A stretch of DNA of 64,000 nucleotides, from positions 55,902 through 119,901 of the forward strand of contig JAITVV010000080.1 of NCBI GenBank assembly GCA_031285625.1, written 5' to 3'. Positions 50,096-59,777 of this stretch are shown one piece after another. The notes beneath the pieces were generated by a model. That model had not been told where the DNA came from and made no database searches. It was given only the letters and a program-made list of their open reading frames with translations. Numbering within the stretch: the first letter of the stretch is position 1; the number at the start of each line of letters is the position of its first letter. Source of the stretch: Prevotella sp. GTDB taxonomy: Bacteria; Bacteroidota; Bacteroidia; Bacteroidales; Dysgonomonadaceae. The position numbers were made by a program, and so were the translations under genes.

Positions 50096-50616
50096 CAATA
50101 CATAAAAGAAGACTTGAAAGGTCCTTTGCAAACTGAATAAAATATTAGAATAACAAAAGTATCAGATATTTACATCAAAGTAAAGAAGAACTATACATTA
50201 TTTTTTATTACCTATATACTTTAAGGAGCCCAAATTAAAAACCATTAAAAATATAAGATATAAAATAATTGGAAAACGAAGACCAAATAACTTCTGGTTC
50301 TACTTGTCTGAAACTTTCAAAAATAAAATATAGAATATACCAATGCAATAGAGGAGTGACTAAAGGATTTATTGGGCATTTATTATCCTGCAATGACTCT
50401 TATCTTTAAACTAACAAGTGTTTTACCTCATTTATTTGCTTGTGAAAGTGGATACTTGGGTTGTCATTGAAAAAACACTTCTCTAACGCGTTGGTTATTT
50501 AATCTCTTACTTGCCAAGCCGAATATATATGGTTAGACTCACTAATCAACTGGTATTATGCATGGTTTCTTAAATATACTTTAGATATCTGAAATTATAT
50601 TATTCTTTCTTAATAG
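50096..50616 (+). ncRNA. Putative large structured ncRNA of unknown family
   Basis: Nested long-range helices, a pseudoknot, a GNRA tetraloop hairpin, + strand G-U pairs, an upstream promoter, and no ORF of 60 aa or more. Confidence 0.55.
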
Positions 50617-50658
50617 TATTTTTGTATTTGTTTGGTATATAGCTACAAAAGGAATTCT

Positions 50659-50680
50659 TTTTTATATTCATTCTAAATAG
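50659..50680. promoter_or_regulatory. Fur-box-like site upstream of feoAB
   Basis: TTTATATTCATTCTAAATAG resembles the ATTTAGAATnATTCTAAAT-type palindrome found at Bacteroidota iron genes (recalled). Confidence 0.5.
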
Positions 50681-50752
50681 GCTGAAATTTATATCTTCTT
50701 TTAGATAAAAAATACGCATCTTTGCACTTCTAAATTAAAGAAAGATTTGGCT

Positions 50753-53230
50753 ATGCTTTTGTCTGATTTGAAGACGGGTGAAAAAGGTGTGATTGTACGT
50801 GTTTACGGTAGTGGTGCCTTTCGAAAACGTATTCTGGAAATGGGTTTTATCAAAGGTAAAACAATAAAGGTTATTCTTAATGCACCTCTGAAGGACCCGA
50901 TTAAGTATAAAATAATGGATTATGAAGTTTCACTGCGTCGTAGTGAGGCGAGACTAATCGAGGTTGTTTATTCCGATACACCTAAAGTAAAAGGGGAATT
51001 TTCCTCTCAGGATCCGGTTACTGTTGATTCTGACCGGTATTCAGAAGATGCTTTTATTCCTTCGCATAGGGCATCACATTTGGAGGGGAAGAAAAAAATT
51101 ACGGTTGCGTTAGTGGGAAATCCTAATGCTGGTAAGACGTCTTTATTTAATATCGCTTCAGGTGCTCATGAGCATGTGGGGAATTATGGCGGCGTCACAG
51201 TTGATTCAAAAGAGGGTAAGTTTAAGCATGGTGGATACACATTCCATATAGTCGATCTTCCTGGTACCTATTCATTATCAGCATATACCCCCGAGGAGCT
51301 TTTTGTAAGAAGGCATATTGTAGAGGATCAGCCGGATGTTATAATAAATATTGTAGCAGCATCCAATCTGGAACGTAATCTATATCTGACCACGGAGCTT
51401 ATAGATATGGAGGTGCCTGCTGTGATAGCACTGAATATGTATGATGAGTTGCAGGATACAGGCAGTGAATTTGATTATCAGAGTCTCTCTGAAATGATTG
51501 GCATTCCTATTGTTCCTACTGTTGCAAAATCAGGGGTTGGTATAGGTGATCTATTTGATGCGGTGATCCGTGTATATGAAGAGAAAGAACCTGTCGTTCG
51601 CAGAGTTCATATATATTATGGTAATACAGTAGAGAATTCTATAAGCAAACTGAACATATTGCTTGAAAAGCAAATGGGAGCCGGATTAGTCTTTCCCCGC
51701 CGTTATATTTCTGTCAAATTACTGGAAAAAGATAAAGATATCGATGCATATGTAAGCGGATTGTCAAATGCGAAGGATATATTTACTTTAAGGGATGCGG
51801 AAATAAAATATATTGAGGACACACTAAAAGAAGATACAGAGTCTGCATTAACCAATGCGCGTTATGGCTTTGTGGCCGGGGGGCTGAAGCAAACCTTAAA
51901 AGAGAAGCTAGTAGAATCGGATACTACCCGTATGATAGATGCTGTGGTGACAAATAAGTATCTTGGTTTTCCTATCTTTTTCTTCTTTATGTGGGTTATG
52001 TTTGAATGTACCTTCAGGCTTGGTGGATACCCTATGGAGTGGATAGAAAGCGGTGTAGGTGTATTGGGCGATTTTATCCGTACTACTATGGCTGATGGAA
52101 TGCTCAAGGATCTTATTGTTGATGGCATCATTGGCGGGGTAGGGGGCGTTATTGTTTTTCTTCCCAATATATTGATATTATATGCTTTTATTTCATTTAT
52201 GGAAGATTCCGGCTATATGGCACGTGCAGCTTTTATAATGGATAAGGTTATGCATAAGATGGGGTTGCATGGAAAATCTTTTATCCCACTTGTAATGGGT
52301 TTTGGTTGTAATGTACCTGCCATATTGTCAACTCGTACTATCGAGAGCCGTAATAGCAGAATGATAACTATGCTGATCAATCCTTTTATGTCTTGTAGTG
52401 CCCGATTACCGGTTTATCTGTTGTTTGTGGGGGTCTTCTTTAAGTCATATGCCAGTTTTGTCTTATTCGGATTATATTTTACGGGTATATTGCTTGCAGT
52501 TGTTTCTGCCAGGCTGTTTAAGCGATTTCTTTTTCCTAAAGAGGATATGCCTTTTGTAATGGAATTACCTCCTTATCGTATGCCTACCGCAAAATCAGTT
52601 GCGATACATATGTGGGATAAATCCCAGCAATATTTGAGAAAAATGGGAGGGGTTATTCTTATTGCATCTATTATTATTTGGTTCTTGGGGTATTTCCCTC
52701 TGGATAAAGAGCGCGAAGATAGATATAACCAATTAATGACTCAGATTGAGCAACAGGATAGTCTGGCTGAGGTAGAAAAGGGGGCGCAACTTGAGGAACT
52801 GATGGATCAGCATAATATTGAGCATCAGGAAGAATCATATATAGGGCGTATCGGAAAGGCTATCGAGCCGGTAATGAAACCTCTTGGTTTCGACTGGAAG
52901 ATAAGTGTGAGTTTATTGTCTGGTATGGCCGCGAAAGAAGTTGTAGTAAGTACACTGGGTGTCTTATATACAGGTGAATCGGAAAATCAGGAATCCTTGG
53001 AGGCCCGGTTGACAAGTGAAACTAAAGCAGATGGTTCTCCTACTTTTACACCGTTGGTTGTTGTCAGTTTGTTGCTTTTTGTGTTAATTTACTTTCCATG
53101 TGTTGCTACTATAGTTGCAATAAAAGAAGAGGCTGGGTCATGGAAGTGGGGCGTTTTTAGTATCATTTATACAACAATGTTAGCTTGGTTTATCTCTTTT
53201 ATTGTCTTTCAGATTGGAAGTTTGCTCTAA
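50753..53230 (+). CDS. feoB: Ferrous iron transporter FeoB with N-terminal FeoA fusion
   Basis: FeoA (RILEMG, APLKDP, SLRRSEA); GNPNAGKT, DLPGTYS, NMYD; GFGCNVP, CSARLP, YFPC. Confidence 0.96.
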   Translation: MLLSDLKTGEKGVIVRVYGSGAFRKRILEMGFIKGKTIKVILNAPLKDPIKYKIMDYEVSLRRSEARLIEVVYSDTPKVKGEFSSQDPVTVDSDRYSEDAFIPSHRASHLEGKKKITVALVGNPNAGKTSLFNIASGAHEHVGNYGGVTVDSKEGKFKHGGYTFHIVDLPGTYSLSAYTPEELFVRRHIVEDQPDVIINIVAASNLERNLYLTTELIDMEVPAVIALNMYDELQDTGSEFDYQSLSEMIGIPIVPTVAKSGVGIGDLFDAVIRVYEEKEPVVRRVHIYYGNTVENSISKLNILLEKQMGAGLVFPRRYISVKLLEKDKDIDAYVSGLSNAKDIFTLRDAEIKYIEDTLKEDTESALTNARYGFVAGGLKQTLKEKLVESDTTRMIDAVVTNKYLGFPIFFFFMWVMFECTFRLGGYPMEWIESGVGVLGDFIRTTMADGMLKDLIVDGIIGGVGGVIVFLPNILILYAFISFMEDSGYMARAAFIMDKVMHKMGLHGKSFIPLVMGFGCNVPAILSTRTIESRNSRMITMLINPFMSCSARLPVYLLFVGVFFKSYASFVLFGLYFTGILLAVVSARLFKRFLFPKEDMPFVMELPPYRMPTAKSVAIHMWDKSQQYLRKMGGVILIASIIIWFLGYFPLDKEREDRYNQLMTQIEQQDSLAEVEKGAQLEELMDQHNIEHQEESYIGRIGKAIEPVMKPLGFDWKISVSLLSGMAAKEVVVSTLGVLYTGESENQESLEARLTSETKADGSPTFTPLVVVSLLLFVLIYFPCVATIVAIKEEAGSWKWGVFSIIYTTMLAWFISFIVFQIGSLL

Positions 53231-53667
53231 ATTGAGCTTTTTTGATTTCTATTCGTAATGTTAGCGTATTTATTATAATCTTAAAGTAAAGTAAAGAGCA
53301 ATTTGTATTGCTCTTTCTTGTTTTTTGGAAAATGCTGGAAAAAAAGTGTTAAAACTACTATCTTCTCAAAAAAGTGTAAGTTGTTTTTCAAGAGTGAGCT
53401 TCCTTGATAAGTATATTTGTCTTTCAATGTGTTATGTAATTAACATATTCGTGTCTGAATTACCCTTTGTATTTTCCATTTTTTCTTATTTTCACTTTCA
53501 TAATGTCAAATTTTATATAATTTAATCTAAGGTTTGTTTTTTCGTGAAAATTGCCTAAATTTGCATGTCAAAAAACAAACTGATGCTAAAAATCAAAATA
53601 TGGTATCAAAGTGTTAAAATGATAGTGTCAGGTTGAAGTTTTAATTTATAATTAAAGTAGTGTTTGT

Positions 53668-56600
53668 ATGAAGAAAAGAGTGATGTTAATTTTATCCTGC
53701 TTATTTTTAAGTATAGGATTCATTACAGCACAAACAACTCGTGTTACCGGTGTCGTTATTGATGATATAGGTGAACCTGTTGTTGGTGCTTCGGTCGTTG
53801 TTAAAGGGACTACTGTTGGTACGATAACTGAAGTAGATGGTACTTTTTCTATTAATGTTCCTGAAGGAAAGAATACATTAGTATTTTCTTTAGTTGGGAT
53901 GACTTCTGTTGAAGCTAAAGTTTCTCAGAATATGAAGATTACCCTGAAGAATGACGAAACTGCATTAGAAGAGGTAGTTGTAACAGGATATGGTAATACT
54001 AAGAAAGCTACTTTTACAGGGTCAGCAACTACGATATCCAATAAATCCATAACTGAGGTAACTGTTAGTTCGATGGATAAGGCATTACAAGGAAATGCTC
54101 CCGGACTATTGACTCAAGCCTCTTCAGGACAACCCGGAGCTGGTCAACGTATTGTTATCCGTGGTCTTGGGTCTATTAATGCTGGTACAGAGCCATTGTG
54201 GATTATTGATGGTGTTCCGGTTGCCTCTGGTAATTATGGACAATTGACTGCGACAGGAGAAGTTGATTATTCTGATAACTCAAATCCACTTGCGGGAATT
54301 AATCCGAATGATATAGCAAATGTTACAGTTTTAAAGGATGCATCAGCTACATCTATATATGGAGCCCGTGCGGCTAATGGTGTGGTGTTGGTCACAACAA
54401 AACAGGGTTCAGAAGGTAAAACCAAATTCAATTTGTCTTCAAGTTATGGATGGTCTAGCCGTGCAACTAAGAAATTTAAAGTCATGAATAAAGATCAATA
54501 TGTTGATTTTCTATCTGATGCTTTATATAATGCTGGAGGGTATGCAGATAAGAATGAAGCTATTGCAGATGTTTATGATACTTTTCCAGTAGATGCAAAT
54601 GGAAATTCGTATGATTTTGATTGGATGAAGGCAGCATATAAAGACGATGCTCCTACTTATAGCGTAGACTTTTCGGCAAATGGTGGTAATTCTAAGACAA
54701 AATTTTATGTTTCTGCTGCTATTTTTAACCAAGAAGGTATGTTAGAAGCATCAGGTCTGAATCGTTTATCTAATAAGGTCAATGTTAGTCATGAATATTC
54801 AGAGAAATTGAGATTTGGTGTAAATAGTACTCTTTCGTTAACTAAACAGGATACACCATTAACTTCAAATAGTTATTATTCTAATCCGGTTTTGGCGTCA
54901 GCTGTTCAGCCAAATCTTGATCCGGGCATTATTGATGGCAAACCATTATCCAGAACGGTTATCCTTAGTTCAAATTTCTTATCTAATGTTGCATATAATT
55001 ATGCTAAGCAGAGAGTGTATCGGATTATCGAAAGTGGTTATGCTGAATATGATATATTAAAAGAATTAACTTACCGCATCCAAGCCGGGTTTGACTATAT
55101 GCAGGTGAATGAATCTCAATGGGATGATACCAGAGTTGGTGGTAATACTGCTATGAATACAGGTGGTCGGGCAACGCGTACCAATGGTGAAAGTTTGATT
55201 TGGAATGTTTCAAATACATTAAGTTATAATAAGATTTTTGATGGCGTACATAACTTAGGCGTTATGATAGGTCAGGAAGTAAATGATGATTCATATCGTT
55301 ATAATGGATCTTCCATTGAAGGATTTCCTTCTAATGAACTTCAGGAGCCTTCTTCTGGAACAACTCCTTCGGATGCATTTGGTAGCCATACAAATGTAAG
55401 ATTGGCATCTTTCTTGTCTCGGGTAAATTATGCTTACGATAATAAATATATTCTCTCTGCTAGTTTTCGTCGTGATGGATCTTCTCGTTTCTCCGAAAAG
55501 AACAGATGGGCTAACTTCTGGTCTGTAGGTGGACAATGGAGAATCAGTCAGGAGCAATTTATGCAAGGCTTTTCTGGATGGTTATCCAATTTAGGATTAA
55601 GAGCTAGTTATGGTACTGCTGGTAACTCGGATATTAAAACAACTACCAGAATCGATGGCCGATATGCTGCCAGGGGTACATATAGAGCTGGTTATAATTA
55701 TAATGGAATACCAGGAATGGGACCTTATCAGATGGTAAATGAAAATTTGAAATGGGAAACAAGTAATTCTTTTAATGTGGGTCTTGATTTTGCTGCTTTC
55801 AATAATAGGTTAAGCACAACAATTGAATTCTATAACAAACGGACAACAGATTTATTACTTGAAGTGCCTGTTTCCAGAACTACAGGTTTTTCTGTTGCAA
55901 TGCAAAATGTCGGTGTGATGCAAAACAGGGGTGTTGAATGGACTGTAAATGCAGTGCCTGTGGTTACAAAAGACTTTGAATGGTCTGTAAACTTTAATAT
56001 AAGCCATAATAAGAACAAGATTGTTGAACTTTATGAGAAACAGGATATCATAATCGGATCTAGAATATATAGAGAAGGTGAGGACATGCAGTCTATTTAT
56101 ACATACGAGTGGGCTGGAGTTGATCCGGATGATGGAGCTCCTATGTGGTATGCAAAAGATGGCTCAAAGGTGAAAAGTGTAAGCCAGGCTGAGAGGCGTA
56201 TTGTTGGTTCTGCAGCTCCTAAATATTTTGGGGGGTTAACAAATTCATTCAAATTTAAAGGCTTTGATTTATCTGCATTGATTTACTTTAATCAGGGTAA
56301 CGATATATCGGATCAAACCCTTGCTATGGTTAATGCTTTTGGATCGAGAGGCTTATTCAACCAGTCTGTTGATATGGTAAATAGATGGCAAAAGCCGGGA
56401 GATATAACAGATGTGCCAAAAGCAATGTATGGTGTATCTTCAGCTGTATATGCACCTATGTCTTCAAGATATGTATACGATGGTTCTTACATACGTTTAA
56501 GAAGTTTAACTGTTGGTTATACCCTTCCTATGGTTAAAGGTTTAAGATTATATTTCCAGGGAACAAATCTATTTACTATAACTGATTATAAAGGTTTAGA

Positions 56601-56685
56601 CCCTGAGGTTGGTATTAATGGAGACCCATGGTTTGGTTATCCGGTAAGCAAGACAATTACTTTCGGATTTAATTATAATTTTTAA
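53668..56685 (+). CDS. susC: SusC/RagA-family TonB-dependent transporter
   Basis: N-terminal extension, VVVTGYG, IRG.GS, PLWIIDG, LKDASATSIYGARAANGV.LVTTK, LKWET, C-terminal Phe. Confidence 0.96.
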   Translation: MKKRVMLILSCLFLSIGFITAQTTRVTGVVIDDIGEPVVGASVVVKGTTVGTITEVDGTFSINVPEGKNTLVFSLVGMTSVEAKVSQNMKITLKNDETALEEVVVTGYGNTKKATFTGSATTISNKSITEVTVSSMDKALQGNAPGLLTQASSGQPGAGQRIVIRGLGSINAGTEPLWIIDGVPVASGNYGQLTATGEVDYSDNSNPLAGINPNDIANVTVLKDASATSIYGARAANGVVLVTTKQGSEGKTKFNLSSSYGWSSRATKKFKVMNKDQYVDFLSDALYNAGGYADKNEAIADVYDTFPVDANGNSYDFDWMKAAYKDDAPTYSVDFSANGGNSKTKFYVSAAIFNQEGMLEASGLNRLSNKVNVSHEYSEKLRFGVNSTLSLTKQDTPLTSNSYYSNPVLASAVQPNLDPGIIDGKPLSRTVILSSNFLSNVAYNYAKQRVYRIIESGYAEYDILKELTYRIQAGFDYMQVNESQWDDTRVGGNTAMNTGGRATRTNGESLIWNVSNTLSYNKIFDGVHNLGVMIGQEVNDDSYRYNGSSIEGFPSNELQEPSSGTTPSDAFGSHTNVRLASFLSRVNYAYDNKYILSASFRRDGSSRFSEKNRWANFWSVGGQWRISQEQFMQGFSGWLSNLGLRASYGTAGNSDIKTTTRIDGRYAARGTYRAGYNYNGIPGMGPYQMVNENLKWETSNSFNVGLDFAAFNNRLSTTIEFYNKRTTDLLLEVPVSRTTGFSVAMQNVGVMQNRGVEWTVNAVPVVTKDFEWSVNFNISHNKNKIVELYEKQDIIIGSRIYREGEDMQSIYTYEWAGVDPDDGAPMWYAKDGSKVKSVSQAERRIVGSAAPKYFGGLTNSFKFKGFDLSALIYFNQGNDISDQTLAMVNAFGSRGLFNQSVDMVNRWQKPGDITDVPKAMYGVSSAVYAPMSSRYVYDGSYIRLRSLTVGYTLPMVKGLRLYFQGTNLFTITDYKGLDPEVGINGDPWFGYPVSKTITFGFNYNF

Positions 56686-56720
56686 GTAGTTAATAGCTAT
56701 TTTTATCAAAAAAAAACATT

Positions 56721-58169
56721 ATGAATAAGTTTATAAAAACAACTATATTAATAGTAATAAGCACTGTCCTGCTGCAATCTTGTGGCGATTTCTTGGATTC
56801 GTCGCCACATATATCAATTGATGATGATACAGCTATTAAAGACGTGAAAAGTGCTATTGGTGGTGTTACGGGTGCATATGATGCAATGACACAAGTAGAT
56901 AGTTATGGTCGTAATTTTTCTGTATTTGGTGATGTCTTTACAGATAATGTACAGATAAGTCCAACAAATTCAAACAGATTTACTGGTGAGGCAGCATGGT
57001 CATGGACTTCTTCTAATACTGATTACAGGGATTATTGGACTCGTTCATATCAGGTAATCAATCGAGTTAATAATATAATTAATGCCAGTATAGCTGGAGA
57101 CCCAGATCAAATAGATCAACTTTTAGGAGAATCCTATGCAATCAGGGCATTAATCCATTTCGATATGGTACGTTTATTTGCTCAGGATTATAGATTTACT
57201 GCAGATCAGTCTCATCTAGGTATACCTTATATTAAGGCTCATGACCCTAAAGGCCAGCCTTCACGTAATACTGTAGCAGAAGTGTATACAAATATCCTTT
57301 CGGATATGGAAGAAGCAGCTAAACGTATTAAGGTATTAAGAGGTATTAGCCTTGAAAATCCTTTAGCAAAGCCATATGGTACAGCTCCCTATACAATATC
57401 ACCAGATGTTGTGAATGCTATTTATGCCAGAATATATCTGACAATGGGTAATTATGCAAAAGCAAAAGAATACGCTGAGTTGCTAATTCCTAAATATTCA
57501 TTAGTAAGTAATGAAGATTATGCCAGCATTTGGACTGAATTATATTCTTCCGAATCAATTTTTACAATGTCCAATTCTGAAATAGATTACCTATCTACAA
57601 ACTCTTTGGGATATATATATGTAGAAAGTGGATACGGGGATCTATTAGTTAGCCCTACATTATATGCTTTGTATGCGGATAATGATATTAGAAAATCATT
57701 GGTTGTGAATGGTACAGCTGCATCTAAGAAAAATAATCTTTATATGCAAGGGAAATATCCATATACGAGAGGGCGTCCGGGACTAGATAATCCCAATCTA
57801 ATCAGAGTTTCTGAAATGTATTTGATTGCTGCTGAAGCTGCTGCAAGAACAGGTAATGAACCTATAGCTCGCAAATATCTAGATAATATCCGTCAAAGAG
57901 CTATTCCTACAGCACCAGCTAGCACAGCTACAGGACAAGCTCTTATCGATGAGATTCTTTTAGAGAAAAGAAAAGAGTTGGCTTTCGAAGGTCAATATTT
58001 CTATGACTTGAAACGTCTTCATTTGGACATTATTGGTGCTACAGCTGGTAATGGAACAATAGGCAAGGTGATCAAATATGGTGATGATCTATTGGCTCTA
58101 CCTATACCTCAGGCTGAAACGGATGCTAATCCTAATCTAGCTAAACAACAAAACCCTGGTTATAATTAA
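56721..58169 (+). CDS. susD: SusD/RagB-family lipoprotein
   Basis: Lipobox LQSC..FLD; Y..INR.N, RAL.HF, R.SEMYL..AEA, E..KELAFEG...DL.R, PIP..E, QN.GY. Confidence 0.95.
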   Translation: MNKFIKTTILIVISTVLLQSCGDFLDSSPHISIDDDTAIKDVKSAIGGVTGAYDAMTQVDSYGRNFSVFGDVFTDNVQISPTNSNRFTGEAAWSWTSSNTDYRDYWTRSYQVINRVNNIINASIAGDPDQIDQLLGESYAIRALIHFDMVRLFAQDYRFTADQSHLGIPYIKAHDPKGQPSRNTVAEVYTNILSDMEEAAKRIKVLRGISLENPLAKPYGTAPYTISPDVVNAIYARIYLTMGNYAKAKEYAELLIPKYSLVSNEDYASIWTELYSSESIFTMSNSEIDYLSTNSLGYIYVESGYGDLLVSPTLYALYADNDIRKSLVVNGTAASKKNNLYMQGKYPYTRGRPGLDNPNLIRVSEMYLIAAEAAARTGNEPIARKYLDNIRQRAIPTAPASTATGQALIDEILLEKRKELAFEGQYFYDLKRLHLDIIGATAGNGTIGKVIKYGDDLLALPIPQAETDANPNLAKQQNPGYN

Positions 58170-58185
58170 TCTGAGTTTAATATAT

Positions 58186-58221
58186 AAAAAACTCCAAGTA
58201 TTTTCACTTGGAGTTTTTTTT
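58186..58221 (+). terminator. Terminator of susCD
   Basis: AAAAACTCCAAGT...ACTTGGAGTTTTTTT. Confidence 0.8.
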
Positions 58222-58298
58222 ATTTCTTTTAACCCACTATTAACGCTGATTTTCTTTTTTCTTATATATCTTTGATATCACAAACGGAGGATAGTATA

Positions 58299-58457
58299 AT
58301 GTTTCAGGAGATTATTGTTGCTATAATAGGACTTGCTGTAGCTCTGCTGGTCGCATATAAAATATATGGATTCTTCTTCTCGAAGAATGAACAAAAAGGA
58401 AGTTACGGATGTTCTAGTTGCGGTTGTAGTACCAAACAAAAGCAAATAAAATATTAA
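58299..58457 (+). CDS. FeoB-associated Cys-rich small membrane protein
   Basis: MFQEIIVAIIG TM helix followed by GCSSCGC; own TATCTTTG element at 58267-58274. Confidence 0.7.
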   Translation: MFQEIIVAIIGLAVALLVAYKIYGFFFSKNEQKGSYGCSSCGCSTKQKQIKY

Positions 58458-58502
58458 GATTTTATTTGGAGTTAAAGAATATAGTCCTTATATTTGATAT
58501 AG

Positions 58503-58686
58503 AGAAAGATTTAAGTCGTATTGGTCGATTGGGAAGCTCATCAATTAATAAATGACCGAGACAAGCTTTTGATTCTAATGGCGGGCCACACCTTCGGGTT
58601 GCTTAGCGCAGTGGATTACAAAGGGATCGAGGCACTCAAATCCTGTTTAACGGAGTTTCGGTATATCCACCAATGCGACTTTATAT
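58503..58686 (+). ncRNA. Structured ncRNA, probably the Bacteroidales-1 RNA motif
   Basis: Promoter TTTG-N20-TATATTTG (58465-58496); closing helix AAGTCGTATTGGT/ACCAATGCGACTT; inner GTGGAT/ATCCAC; cUUCGg hairpin; downstream terminator. The family name is from recall, not a search. Confidence 0.7.
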
Positions 58687-58688
58687 AC

Positions 58689-58722
58689 AAAGGAGTTACT
58701 TTGAAAAAAGTAACTCCTTTCT
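58689..58722. terminator. Terminator after the ncRNA (likely bidirectional)
   Basis: AAAGGAGTTACTTT-GAAA-AAAGTAACTCCTTT. Confidence 0.85.
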
Positions 58723-58741
58723 GTTTCTGATATAATCAGTT

Positions 58742-59224
58742 TTAATTATTAATCAATGATTTAAGAAATCCTAATGTAAGTCCAACCCCTATTCTTACAA
58801 AAAACTGTCCATCGTTATGATGGGTATTGTAATCATAACCGGCAGATATATAGTAAACAGAAGCATCCGCATAAAGGCTCGGGGTAAGGATAACCCCATT
58901 TCCATGACCGAAACCGAAATTATAACCGGCATCGAGTTTCATCCCAATGGTGAATGCTGAATAATTATTCTTCATAAGAAATAATGATATCGGTTTCATA
59001 TTTAATCCCGACACTTTAAATCCTGGAGAAAGATAATCAAATCCTGATCCCAGGCCAAGAATAAAGGGTGATGAAGTATCATTTATCTGATAAAAAGGCA
59101 CATAACTATTTATTGAGAATTGGAGTTTTTCTTTCTTTACATGTTGTGAGCCGATCCCCAATGATTGGGCTGAACAAATAGCGCATGGAATCAGGAGAAA
59201 AAGACAAATAATAATTTTCTTCAT
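58742..59224 (-). CDS. Small outer-membrane beta-barrel-like protein (paralog 2)
   Basis: Signal peptide; alternating beta pattern; homologous to 59237-59746. Confidence 0.65.
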   Translation of the reverse strand: MKKIIICLFLLIPCAICSAQSLGIGSQHVKKEKLQFSINSYVPFYQINDTSSPFILGLGSGFDYLSPGFKVSGLNMKPISLFLMKNNYSAFTIGMKLDAGYNFGFGHGNGVILTPSLYADASVYYISAGYDYNTHHNDGQFFVRIGVGLTLGFLKSLINN

Positions 59225-59236
59225 TGTTAGATGATA

Positions 59237-59746
59237 TTACCAGATTTGTGTTTTTACAAACGATTTTATAGATCCCATCCCAAAACAAAAACCGGCGCGC
59301 ACAAAGAATTGCTGCTCGTTACCTGTTATATTAAAATCGTAACCGGCTTTTACAAAGAAGAATTTATAATCAAAATACACATTGGGTGTTATCACAATAC
59401 CATCCTTACCATGTCTGAAATTAAATAAGTAACCGGCATCACATCCTACCAGAATGGTTGCTTTATTATTATTGAATAAAGATTCGCTAAGAAAAGATGT
59501 AAGCTGGATCGGTTTCAGATTCAGTCCTGCTACGGGAGAGCTTCCCCCTGTATAGTCTATACCGCTGGATACAAAGGAGTTTAATGGGTTCTTCTTATGC
59601 CACACAGGAAATGAAGCGTTTGCGGCAAACTGAAAATCATTTCCCCTACCTTTTGCATCAGCATATTGTGCACCTATGCCCAGAAACTGAGCTGAACAGG
59701 CTAGGGGTAAAAGTATAAACAGTAATATTATTTTTATTTTTTTCAT
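59237..59746 (-). CDS. Small outer-membrane beta-barrel-like protein (paralog 1)
   Basis: Signal peptide; shares G.DY...GLN.KPI, DAGY.F.F.H..G...TP, AGYD.N...QFFVR.G with its neighbour. Confidence 0.65.
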   Translation of the reverse strand: MKKIKIILLFILLPLACSAQFLGIGAQYADAKGRGNDFQFAANASFPVWHKKNPLNSFVSSGIDYTGGSSPVAGLNLKPIQLTSFLSESLFNNNKATILVGCDAGYLFNFRHGKDGIVITPNVYFDYKFFFVKAGYDFNITGNEQQFFVRAGFCFGMGSIKSFVKTQIW

Positions 59747-59777
59747 CAGACATAAATTTAAGAAACAAAGTTACACT

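Noticed and set aside
50393-50470. 25-codon Cys/His-containing ORF (MTLIFK...CESGYLGCH) upstream of feoB as a metal-sensing leader peptide
   Set aside because: Coincides with the pseudoknot core, lies far from feoB and is short enough to arise by chance; needs ribosome profiling.
50350-50545. Group I intron P7-like pair (GACTA ... ATATGGTT)
   Set aside because: Only a loose resemblance; no interrupted host gene and P3-P6 could not be assigned by eye.
53325-53525. 66-aa ORF between feoB and susC
   Set aside because: TTG start in AT-rich promoter DNA with no motifs.
12264-53608. GATACCATA 9-mer in the leaders of sdhC, the 27215 gene and susC (reverse strand)
   Set aside because: It also occurs inside porN coding sequence, and a 9-mer in AT-rich DNA is too short to support a regulon without statistics.
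58521-58730. 69-aa ORF
   Set aside because: TTG start, overlaps the structured RNA and runs through its terminator; better explained as ncRNA.
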